Of a stretch of DNA of 64,000 nt, positions 52,834 through 64,000 are shown piece by piece. The notes beneath the pieces were generated by a model that worked only from the letters and a program-made list of their open reading frames with translations, ran no database searches and was not told where the DNA came from. Source of the stretch: Antedon mediterranea (taxonomy: Eukaryota; Animalia; Echinodermata); contig NC_092677.1 of assembly GCF_964355755.1 (NCBI RefSeq), positions 2,564,101 through 2,628,100 of the forward strand, in the 5' to 3' direction. The translations under genes and the position numbers were made by a program. The first letter of the stretch is position 1; each line of letters opens with the position of its first letter.

Positions 52834-55464
52834 ATGGCGTCGTTTCGTGTAATGGTCGGTGTAAAACGTGTCATAGATTATGCCGTAAAAGTAAGTGAAA
52901 ATAATAAGATAACCCAACAATACATAAACGTGACATTGCTTGAGAATTGTGCTTTATATACAGAATGAGTACAGTTTTGTTGTGTACACCACGACCAACC
53001 AGACAGAGAGAGCAATATTGGCCCGGCCGGGTCGCCGGGAAAGACGGCGGCGGTGACTCACTCGGGCATGACTGCAGGCTGCTGGTTGCTACTTTAGCCT
53101 AGGCTACAGCAGGCTAGTGCTGGTTTAGGCCTAGGGGACATAAAAAGACAGTATTTAATTCCTAATATTGATGCAGGACAAATATAATCAATCAATACTG
53201 AAAAGTTATTATATTTAAAACTATTTCTAGGAGGCCTAAAACTAAATAATAATATAAAGCATGCTATATAGCAGCTTCACATCATGCATAATAAACATTT
53301 TTTTAAATTACAGATCAGGGTAAAACCAGACAAGATGGGCGTGGTCACAGAGGGTGTAAAGCATAGCATGAATCCATTTGATGAGATTGCAATTGAAGAA
53401 GCAGTCCGACTAAAAGAGAAGAAACTAGCTTCAGAAATAGTTGCCGTTAGCTGTGGCCCAAAGCAATGCCAAGTATGATGGAAATATTGCATATGGATAT
53501 TCAATAGCATATTTTGCAGTTAAATATTCATATTTAAATTTCAAGGGTACAAACATATTCAACATAAAAGAGCTTTCATATTTAATTTGTGTGTAAAATC
53601 ATCATTTATTTCAAATAAAAAAGAATGTAACAAACATCCCAGCTCACAGCTTGGAGGACCAAACATATGCAGGGAAAAACAAGACACAATCATAAAATGT
53701 AATCCATTGGATCCTAACACTGTAATCCATTGGATCCTAACACTGTAATCCATTGGATCCTAACACTGTAATCCATTGGATCCTAACACTGTAATCCATT
53801 GGATCCTAACACTGTGTTCTAATTTTCAGGAGACGATAAGAACAGCATTAGCAATGGGTGCAGATCGCGGTATACACGTCGACATGTCAGCTTCTGAGTT
53901 CGAAGCGTCAACACCACTTCAGATCTCAAAGATATTAGCTAAGCTAGCCAAGGAAGAAGATATTAATTTAATAATCTTAGGAAAACAGGTAATAACCTGG
54001 CAACCAATAATATTAATAATAGTCTTTTGTATAGTGCGTAACCAAATAAATGTTCACACACAAGGCTCAAACTAGGTAGAAATCACATCATTTCATATGC
54101 TATGCGAAAGAGATGAGTTCAATATAACTTGTAGTCACAAGGAATAAAGTTGTGTGGTGGTTGAAAGAAAAGGGAACAATCTATGTGCGTTCCACGGGGT
54201 TGTCAAAAGCCTCGGGTTGAAATCTTACTAACCGTACTGGTGGCTACGACCCTGAACTATTATTGTTCATTAGTAATAATAATATTTATTTATATCATCA
54301 AGCACAATCTAGCCAGGAGCAAGCAATAGGCATAGGCCTGAACAGAATTAACTTCTCTTGCTCCAACTTAACACAACAACAAAGTTAGAAAATTAGTTGA
54401 ATTAGAATGACATAAACTATATATACAAAAGATTATAAATGAGTTACATTAAAAACAAATGAAAATAAAAATTAATAGGGAATATTGTTGGTAGAGAAAC
54501 ATAAGTAAAAATTGCCTGAATGCCCCAATGTATTTTGAGTTAATACATTTAGGCTGTATATATTAATATGCTAATGCTTGTTTATACCAGCAAATGTGCT
54601 ATTGCGAATAAACTTACTTTTGTTTCTAGGCTATAGATGGTGATTACAACCAGACCGGCCAGATGACCGCTGCCCACCTTGACTGGCCACAAGGCACATT
54701 TGTTTCGGAACTCACTCCAGAGAACGATAAGTTAAAGATTGTCCGAGAGATTGACGGTGGATTGGAAAATATTTGCATCAAAACTCCTGCAGTAGTAACA
54801 GCAGATTTACGATTAAATGAACCTAGATATGCCACGCTACCAAATATCATGGTTAGTAGGTCCAAGAATCATAAACAGACTCTAGTAGTCTCTTGTTCCC
54901 TAGCCTAGAAAACAAACAAAATAATGTTGTTTGTTGAATATTATTAACATTATTTTTATTTTTACAGTTTTAAGATAAAAGTTTCTACTATTCATTCATC
55001 TATTTCGGAAAGTACATAGTACATCCATATAAAAAAAAAATTCACCAGAAAATTAACAATAGCATCTTCCACAAAAACAATCTGAAATATTCTAAAATAT
55101 CAATTTACAGTGTGGAAGTACATTGCCATGAAATGATAATTTCAATTTTGAATGTATTTAAATTATAACAATGTTTAGGAATCGGGGAAAAAAAACAGCA
55201 TAAAAAAATTGAAGCTCACAAGTAGTACGTTCTTATTTAAAAATTAATTAAATTATTTTAGAAATGTAATATTATTTTGTATAAATTTCATAGAAAGCTA
55301 AGAAAAAACCGATTGCTACGAAGACGCCAGCAGATCTAGGAGTTGACATCACATCGTCTGTTGAAACAATCAGCGTTGAAGATCCACCAACGAGAGAAGC
55401 AGGACAAAAAGTAGAAGACGTTGATCAATTAATTGCTAAATTAAAAGAGGCTGGGGTTGTTTAA
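52834..55464 (+). CDS. ETFB: Electron transfer flavoprotein subunit beta, 255 aa. Exons 52834-52890, 53314-53472, 53830-53988, 54630-54851, 55294-55464.
   Basis: All introns are phase-0 GT-AG. The peptide [26 protein letters not shown]...[22 protein letters not shown]...[17 protein letters not shown]...LGKQAID...REIDGGLE...[24 protein letters not shown] carries the ETF-beta signatures. Confidence 0.97.
53698..53814. repeat. 23-bp tandem repeat (TGTAATCCATTGGATCCTAACAC) x5
   Basis: Perfect copies ending about 15 bp before the ETFB exon 3 acceptor. Confidence 0.95.
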
Positions 55465-56339
55465 TGATTTATGTTTTAAGGTAATACGCCTTCTGGACCC
55501 AACAAAGTGTAACCTTAATAGGGATGTCACCTGAACAAGGATGTCCTCTGAATAGGAGTTGGAAATAATGACATAGTGTTAAACACTTCCTGTCATTTGT
55601 TTGATAGGAAAGTGTCCCCGTAATGGGGTGTCCCCTGAAATAGCTGTCCCAAAGAGTGTTAAAACCTATATTTCTACATATTATTTTTATATTTCCAGTT
55701 GTTTTTTCAACAGCAAAGTTTCCCCACCCCCAAATTGGCCTTTGATAGTTTTATGGAAAAGAGGTGTACGTCCCTTTAATAGGCTTTTCCCTTAAGATGT
55801 AGATCCCAAAGAGGTTCTACTGTGTATTTGTAACTGGCAATTTTGATACATTAAAATAAACATTGAATATAATACATTTGATCAATTCTTCCTTTTAATT
55901 TTCAGAATTGAATTGATTGGATGAGAATTCACCTAAATGATGGACAGACAGACAAACAAGTGTCATCACATGACCTCTTGGGTTACCATAACATATATAT
56001 TGTGTTAATAATATATATTATTGGTTCATTTAATGTTGTTTAAATTAAATATGTTTGCTTTAAAATGTAGGAATGTTTGTTGAAAATAAAAATTATATAA
56101 TGTACAAAAGCAAAGTGGTATTGATTAAAATGATGCTTCCCCAAGGGCATGTCTTGATTTAAATTTATGCATATGTAACATCCCTGGAATAAGCAAGACA
56201 AACAGAGTTGGTTGTCTAAAGCCAAGATGTGCGCTAATCCGTGGTGTATAAAGTTGATTTTAGAAGCCCAAGTGTTTGAGACACAATAAATAATTTTACT
56301 AATTGAAAATGTTAAATTGACGTTTTGTTATCACTAATA

Positions 56340-56600
56340 GCGGCCGTTTATTTTTGTTGGTCGGCGTCAAAATCACTAACGCATCGCGAGGAAACGTTTG
56401 AAAAGCGACCGTGTATGTTCGTTGATCTTGAATTGAAGTTTTGTTAACACCGATCGCGGCCGTTTATTTTTGTTGGTCGGCGTCAAAATCACTAACGCAT
56501 CGCGAGGAAACGTTTGAAAAGCGGTCGTCTATGTTCGTTGATCTTTAAGTTTTGTTAACACTGATCGTGTTTGTTCGTTGTCGGCGTCAAAATCACGGAT
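56340..56600. repeat. ~117-bp tandem repeat, just over 2 copies
   Basis: gcggccgtttatttttgttggtcggcgtcaaaatcactaacgcatcgcgagg recurs at about 56340 and 56457, with a partial third copy. Confidence 0.85.
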
Positions 56601-56713
56601 GCATATATCGAGATAACGATTTACCGTAGAGCAAGTAATTGCGTGGTCACGGTAATCTGGCGGCCGGCCTCTACTTGCTGCGCTGTGAACTACGAGACAT
56701 AAAGCTGTCTAAC

Positions 56714-56836
56714 GCGTGGTTCCCACTAGAGACGAAACCAATCACAACCGATGGATTATTTGAACTGTCGCTTTTCATTGGTCAACGCGCTTGCGTTTGT
56801 CTACGTCCTTACGCTGCGTCATGTGGGAACCAAGCT
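56714..56836. mobile_element. MITE family C (GCGTGGTTCCCACTAG...TGGGAACCAAGC)
   Basis: Inverted ends. Relatives occur at 58983-59133, 60730-60837 and 60850-60948. Confidence 0.7.
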
Positions 56837-57275
56837 TAAACGCTAATCCGCGCTAGCTGGAGACATGTGTCGCGAGTAAATATGTACAGGTAATGTTCGC
56901 GAGCGCATTTATAGATCAGCGGCGAAAATATTCGAAAAGAGCACACTTGTAATAAAAAATAATACTTTAGCACACATTCATTTAATTCAAACAAAACAAG
57001 CTTAGTTGTTTCCACTAGAAAACAAGCGGCTTTCGAAAAATCTGAAAAACAAACCCCATTTTATTATTAAACAAAAGAAAACAATAAATCACAGCAAATA
57101 GTTCCTCAGTAAGTTAAATAAAATAAAAATTAATCAAACTACAGTATTATATATTGCCTTTATTTAAAATTGTATTTACGTCGGTTTACGCATGTGAAAA
57201 ACAGTACGACTACGTCACTGGAAATGTAATCCAATCAGAACAGAGAATAGACTGAAACGTTTCGGCGCTGGTTCT

Positions 57276-60200
57276 TCAAAAGTCTGGACAAATGCTGAAT
57301 TTTCCGACAGGATCTTTCACACTGTCTGGTGAGACACTGAATAGCAAACTCATCCCCTCCATAAAATGTGAAGCATGGTGGCAATGGAACAGCCACCAAC
57401 CTGGGTTATTTGTACGGAATCGAATGACGGCGTAACCACCAGACGGAATGGCTAACGTATTTTTCATGGGTGGGTTTTTCACATTTAGGCCTACGCCCGA
57501 AGAAGACACTTCGCTCCAGCGTGTTTGACAGCAGTCCTCGGTCAGGCATTCCACGTTTTCATGTTGCGACAACATCCGGCCAGACGATTTATCAAGAGCG
57601 GCAAACCCCATCTCCAACACCGCGAAAGAATGCCCGTGCAGGTGGAAAGGATGATGCGTTTGTGGCCACGGCTTGAAACTGTAATCCGTTACAACGAGTT
57701 GTATTGTCGCGTTTAACGGAAGATCAATAATATTTGAACATAAGCAATAATTGTTATCATTACACGCTTTCTCGTCACATGTATTGTAATTGCGTTTATC
57801 GTGAGGGTAAAACGGAGCTCTTGGATTTTCAAACACTCGACAATTGATTGATGACCCAACGTTAAAACCAACGTTTAAAAATATTTCTTCATCTGGTTCC
57901 GTTATCAATAGATCGGATCCGTTATCGTGAACGTCTGCTTTTAAATCAGCTATACTGAAGCAGTGAATGTTCTCTTGTTCGGGGTAACCATCAAACGGGC
58001 AGTTCAACACCTTACACGGATGCTTCCTTGTTCTGCAATTCTCTTTCTTTGATGTTGGAATATCAGAGTTGCCGTCTGAGAACTTTATGACAGCTTTTAC
58101 GTCATCATCATCATCATCCGGGGACCGTTTCTTTAGCCGTTCTGCTCTTATCCAACTGTTGGCCAGTCGATGGCATGATGCTTTAGACTGACGTAACGGC
58201 ACAACATCGTACGTCTCTCCGGGGAACACGATGATTGACTGGAATCTTATAGGTTTGATATCGAATCCATCAGTCGCTACAACTTTCAAATTATGGCAAT
58301 CGATTGACAATCTAAACGCGTATTCCCCTCCTGTATTGATGACGTGGAATTTCATCTTTTCGTCTTGGAGAATGGTATAGGTCGTCCAGGGTGCGTTGTT
58401 TTCAATCCGTCCTTTTCCGTTAATAAGAGCCGATTTGTACCTCATTGCGTTCAACTCGGTACCATCATGAGCGTAATCCCGCAGAGCCATATCCAAGACA
58501 ACATCCCCGACGCCCTTCCATCCTTGGCGGTATGGACTTTCAACATCAAACGTTATATAATCCTCGTGGAACCAGTTAGCCACCATGAGCACCCTTGACG
58601 GGGTCACTGGTGGCCGCTTGTGGACAATCAACGCACCGTACAGCCCATCTGCCAACTGGGTTGTAACGTGCCCATGATACCAGTGAGTTCCAGCCGGATC
58701 TGCTATGAATGTGTATGTAAAACTCTGTCGGGGTAATATAGGGCACTGTGAAACATACGCAGCACCGTCAGCCCACATGTTGTCCGTCATATGCATACCG
58801 TGCCAGTGGATGGATACCACCTCTGACGTCATCAAATTGGTCACCTTCACCGCTACCTAAAAGAAAAAAAATAAGAGGATGACATACAAGAGCGAACCGT
58901 ACCTTTTTTCACTATTCCATCTTTTTTTTTTAGCACAGGCCTACTAAGGAACGCACACTGTATTTGCCAGACGCGATATTAAAGCGTGGTTCCCACTAGC
59001 GACGCAACGGCGTATTGACGCGTAATCAAAAGTACGACGACGCAACAGTACTGCAAACATCGCACAGGTTTGATCTAACGCAGGCGCAAACACTTTCCTT
59101 CCTCTGCTCTGCGTAGGTTGCGTCGCTAGAACCATATTAAGACTATACAGTAATACTACTAAAAACTATCTAACTGATAAATTAAAATATTAAATAAATA
59201 TGTGGTACACTTAAGCGAAATCAGACATAAGTTGCATAGGTAAATAGACAGCCAAAAACAATAAAAGAATGAAAATCACAATTTTTGTTCACCTGTACGG
59301 ACAATGATAGTTAAAACAGTTTTTAATTTTTTTTTAATTTTAGACAAATAAATTCAGGAATTTTAACATTTTGTGTCGTCTGAACAAAGGGCGCAATTAG
59401 GCCTAGAATACGGCACCACTTTTCTAAGGCGTAAACTCAAACGCGTGTAGGGATAGTTTCCTGTTAGTTAACTTTAAAAGCATTTTTTCACTCATTGTAA
59501 CAACCAAAAAAACTCTTGAAGTGAACATGGTATCAAGATATTTTTTTCAGCATTTTAAATCTTGGATTATGTAGGCCTAGTTTCAATATTTGTGAAAATC
59601 TCAATTTTGAAAATTACAACTTCTGTCTGATTTCGCTTGTTTGTACCACACACGCTTTGCTTCTTACTTTATTTAGAGGCTGGTATCCAAAACATTGTCA
59701 CCAAGCCTTACCTTAGTACCTTCCAAAACCTCTAATGTTGGACCTGGAAATTCTCCATTTACAACAATAATTCTACGAACAACACCATCGCCAGTAATGA
59801 CTTCATCTGGCGTTACAACCGACCCATTCGTAGCGTTTCCAGAATATCTATAAAATAATGACATTATGTGTATGCCATTAAATGTTATTTTTACTCTCTT
59901 TATTAAGATAACACAAAGATAATTAATCTCAACGTAGAATTAAAGCCTGTTTGACAGTCGACGTTAAGTTGTGCTGAATCAACTGAATTTGTCACTTTTA
60001 ACGATCGTATAACGTTGATTTTTACCCCACTTTTCTCTAATATCGTTTAATCCGGTTAATTCAACTCGCCGCACAACGGAAACTCAGGAAAACAGGCTAT
60101 AAAATAACGAAAAGAGTAGTAATGTACTTACGACCATGTTGTAGTCAATCTCATGTCCCCGTTTTCCTCAAGAGATACAGGAACCGATTTTCCGTCTGAA

Positions 60201-60352
60201 CCCGTGTAAGTCATGGTACGATGGTGCCGTACATTTAAATGAAAATGACATACATCGTGTAAACACACATCTGACGAAGCAGCTCGAGTCGAAAGCACCA
60301 TTATTATTAGGCATAGGCCTATTAGGATTAATATCAGGTGCAGCTTAAACAT
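57276..60352 (-). CDS. Secreted laccase-type multicopper oxidase, 645 aa. Exons 60132-60352, 59712-59847, 57276-58856.
   Basis: Hydrophobic signal peptide MFKLHLILILIGLCLIIMVL and the motif VVNGEFPGPTLEV. All four Cu-binding motifs are present: HWHG, WYHGH, HPFHLHGH and HCHHASHFMEGM (axial Met). Splice phases are consistent. Confidence 0.95.
58983..59133. mobile_element. MITE family C-related copy in laccase intron 2
   Basis: gcgtggttcccactagcgacgcaac...gttgcgtcgctagaacca inverted ends. Confidence 0.7.
59201..59650. mobile_element. ~450-bp MITE with ~34-bp TIRs in laccase intron 2
   Basis: tgtggtacacttaagcgaaatcagacataagttg and caacttctgtctgatttcgcttgtttgtaccaca are imperfect inverted complements. 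Confidence 0.75.
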
Positions 60353-61369
60353 GGTGTTTGAGCTTGGCTGGAACTGATGAGGTGGTTGGTTCCTTAAAAA
60401 GTGTAGTACTTGGGCATCAGGCCTAAGTATATAACCAAATCAACTTTAATATAACGTTGTATAATTATAAGATGTGATAAAGTTGAATAAAATGGTAGGC
60501 CTATGCAGTGTCTTCTAGAGTTAAGTAACCGCTTGCCCGCCTGCAACACTATGACAACTTGATCGATGAAGTTCAACAAGTTAAGAAGCCTATTGTATAG
60601 TTCATAATTTCTATTGTTAATTGTAGTTAGTGAAGCATTAAATCTTCTTTCATTTGGTACAAAACATGAAACACATGTTTACATAATGTGCAATGAAACG
60701 AACGGTAGGAAATAATGTAACACAAGGAACTTGACCAATCACAAGCGATGGATTTATTCGACTGCCGCTTGTCATTGGTCAACTCATTTGCGTTACGTAT
60801 ACGTCCTTTTGTTGCGTCCTAGTGGGAACCAAGCTTAACCGCGGTAACTTTGACCAATCAAACGCGATGGATTCCGAACCATCGCTCGTCATCATGCATT
60901 GGTAAACTCACTCACGTCATTGTGTTGCGTCATAGTGGGAACAAGGCTTTACCTGGGATTGGTTCCTCACTGTGTCTATGAAACATAATCACTGAACATG
61001 GGCAACATTTTGTTTGCGTTTGCGTCTCTGTGAAAACCAACATTTAACTTGTACCCACTACATCACAACTCAAGGAGATACGCACGTACACGTCACGGCG
61101 CAAGTAATTTGACAAAAATCAACGAATAGGCTATTGGTTTAGGTTTCATACGGATTGGTTGGGGAGGTTACCGTCGTATTGATGATTTCTGTGTTCGTAC
61201 ACCAACGTAAACTAAACGCTGCTCTCGCTCTCAGTTTATTGATTAACGACCTGCCACTGGCAAGTCGACCAATTCACAATTGTTATTAAAAACGATTGTT
61301 TATTTTCTTTTGTGTTCCTACGATTCTGTTGAAATAAGATACACACCGTACATATACAGAGAATGCAAT

Positions 61370-62920
61370 ATGGCAGTAGTTAGCGTTGTTTCGACCACCG
61401 GTGCACAACAACGTTTTCAATTTATTAAAGCAATCGTTACAAATGGTTGTCTGTTTCTACTGTTTATGGTGTACCTATGTGTGGGTGCTGCGATCTTCGG
61501 CGCTATCGAGGGACGGGAGCCGGACGATATAAAACCGACGGTTGCAGACAGCAATATGACGCGGGAAATGTTCATTGACAGTTTGATGAAGCTAGGGAGT
61601 GACTACCCGAACGTAACGAAGACAGACTATACGAAGCTGGTCGACTCGTACGAATCGGACGAAGATTACTATGACGAGTACTGGAATCAGTGGACTTTGA
61701 AAGTTTCGATATGAGTTTGTTTTATTGTTTTAAGCTGGTAACAACAATCGGTAAGCAATCAAACATGATGGTATGGTGGTAGAGTTAAGTCAGACTCTCA
61801 GCCACATTATGGAGAAATAAGTTAGGAACTAATTTCTCCATGTGACAAATTACCATTTTTGTTGTTGCAAACTAAGGTTTTCTGGTGTAGATTTCTACAA
61901 ACTTGTTTTCTGTAGTTTGTCGAAGTTTGTGAACTGGTCTACACTAGCAAATTGTACAATGTGTTTGCTACCCTTGCGAACTAAGGTTTGCTAGTTTTTA
62001 GAGTTCTGCAAATTTAGAGTTCTGCAAATTTAGAGTTCTGCAAATTCCTGCAATTTGCCGAAGTTTGCCAACTGGTCTACACTAGCAAACTCTGGAAAAG
62101 TTGACAGACTTTGAGTTTGGTAGCTGTGTAGACAAGACCTATTCATTAACGTCTTTTACATCCCACTTTAAACAATGCTTTTCCATTCCATTCCACTGTT
62201 TAGATCCTGATTACGGGAACGGGGGTTACCATACATTAATGTTGCAAATCCACAACAAATGACAACATACTTTCTCTTGTTTTTTCAGGTTATGGAAGCA
62301 TTGTTCCGACGACGAATGCTGGCAAATTGTTGAGCATCGTTTACGCTTTCTTTGGAATTATTCTTCTAGTGACATTTCTCGTCAACATCGGGTCATTCCT
62401 CGCCAATCGGCTAACTTCATTTTACAATCGTATTATTCGGAAATCCAAGAGATCCGGGTCTGGTTATGAAAGACAAAACTTCGATGACGATAATTTGTCT
62501 GCAGATGATGACAATCTAGGAACCCCAAGACCTGAAGATGCTGCTGCAACCGAGGAGGACGACCCGCAAGTGGTTGACATCAAAATCGAGAATCATGAGG
62601 ATATCGAGAATCACGAGGCATCAATTCCATTCTTGGTGATTTTCATTTTCTCTGTAACATTTCTTTTGATTTTCTCAGCTCTAATCTTCGCTCTTGAAGA
62701 CTGGTCTTACATCGATTCGATTTACTACTCGTTCATGTCCCTTGCCACTGTTGGATTTGGTGATATAATACCAGAGAAGAACCTCCTTGGTTGTATAATA
62801 CTCCTGGCTAACGCTTTCATAGTAGTTTCGACGCTCGTATGTCTCGGACGCGCCAGCGTTATGCGCATACTAATGTCTGCCCAGCGATGCGTGGATAAGA
62901 TAATATCTAGATTTGCCTAA
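61370..62920 (+). pseudogene. Two-pore-domain K+ channel (K2P/KCNK family), exons 61370-61750 and 62289-62920, frameshifted near 61694-61702 as sequenced
   Basis: M1 YLCVGAAIFGAIEG. Pore 1 SLFYCFKLVTTIG|YGSIVP, with the intron inside the G codon. M2 GKLLSIVYAFFGI. Pore 2 EDWSYIDSIYYSFMSLATVGFGDIIP. The ATG frame stops at 61712-61714, while pore 1 lies in a different frame. Confidence 0.75.
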
Positions 62921-64000
62921 AAACGTAAATTCCCCGGCTGGGCACGAGAACACACAACCCAATGACGTACGTCACGTGCGGGTGCCAAATAAGGTCAACT
63001 TTTAAATGACCTCAGTACTGTAGTCATAGCAGTAAATGATCGAGCTATACTGTATTTTTTAAACTGATTTTTTCATTTTATATTTACAATAGTGTAGATT
63101 TGTTGAAAGAGAATGCTATGTATTTATCTTTCAGCTTATGAAATATTCTCCACCATCCAACTAATAAACATTCATTATTTGTATATTAAAATATACATTA
63201 ATATTCATTTTTTGTGATTTGTATACAAATAAACTATAAACTTTGTAATATATGAATATGCATACTATTACTGTAGTGAATTATTTTTGTTCGTAAAAAT
63301 ATAAAATTTATCAATTTTGGTATAATAATAACTCATGTCATGTAATGTCTGAAATCATGTGTACATTTTGTCTTCAAAATATGAATAACTAGACTTTACT
63401 CTAATAAAATATTTCATAGTATTAACAAACTACAACATATAATATTTATCAATTTATATTGTTAATAATTATAAAATATTTCATTTAATCTTTGTACCTC
63501 ACAAATTACTATATAACAACATTATAAATTTAATATCTACATATTTTGTATCATATTGCAGTCACCTGCATTATGCAAATTTGTATTTAATGCAACTGGT
63601 TCAACCATGTTCAACTTTTCCGGAGATGAATCGTATACGCGTACCAAAGAATATTTAGCGCTCGCGTACTAGATCCCCGATAAATTCTAGCGTTTCCATA
63701 GAATCGCTACGCTCTGTCGTGTAGCGTTTTTTTGGAAACCAGGCTTTACTTAATAAGTTGTAATCACATTACGTGACAAGAAAAACATGAAATACACAAG
63801 ACAATGTAGAGTATATTGAATATCAGAGAGACCAACCAACAACAGTGATGTCGGTACAGGTAGCTGTCAACAAGTTAAGATTTCAAAATTTGTGGATGAA
63901 TAAAGCGATGTCTATGTCTAAGAGAAGGTAGAAGAAAATATCAGTTCTGTGAAAGACTCTGAGGGCGTGTCTCCCTGCCCATCTGTGCCCTGCCCACCTG

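Noticed and set aside
54630-54665. [12 protein letters not shown] instead of the usual AIDDDxNQ
   Set aside because: The substitutions lie in an otherwise intact gene, and no functional claim is supportable without an alignment.

Overview
AT-rich, intron-containing animal genomic DNA, probably an invertebrate (inferred from composition and repeat content). It is not prokaryotic, and most short ORFs in the track are spurious. Five protein genes were reconstructed by hand from GT-AG splice sites and reading-frame phase. (1) The 5' part of a PDZ-RhoGEF/LARG (ARHGEF11/12, RhoGEF2-like) gene lies on the minus strand and runs off the left edge. (2) A Bcl-3/nuclear-IkB-like ankyrin gene (minus, about 1498 aa) has a 1138-aa single-exon C-terminal tail with tandem CtBP-type PxDLS motifs, and many kB sites in its promoter and 5' introns. 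(3) ETFB is complete (plus, 255 aa). (4) A secreted laccase-type multicopper oxidase is complete (minus, 645 aa). (5) A two-pore K+ channel (plus) carries a frameshift just before pore 1. Non-coding features include a duplicated ~1 kb unit with two divergent tRNA-like Pol III cassettes, a regularly spaced kB-like cluster upstream of ETFB, a Helentron/HINE-like element, an L2/CR1-type LINE 3' fragment, several MITE families and many minisatellites.
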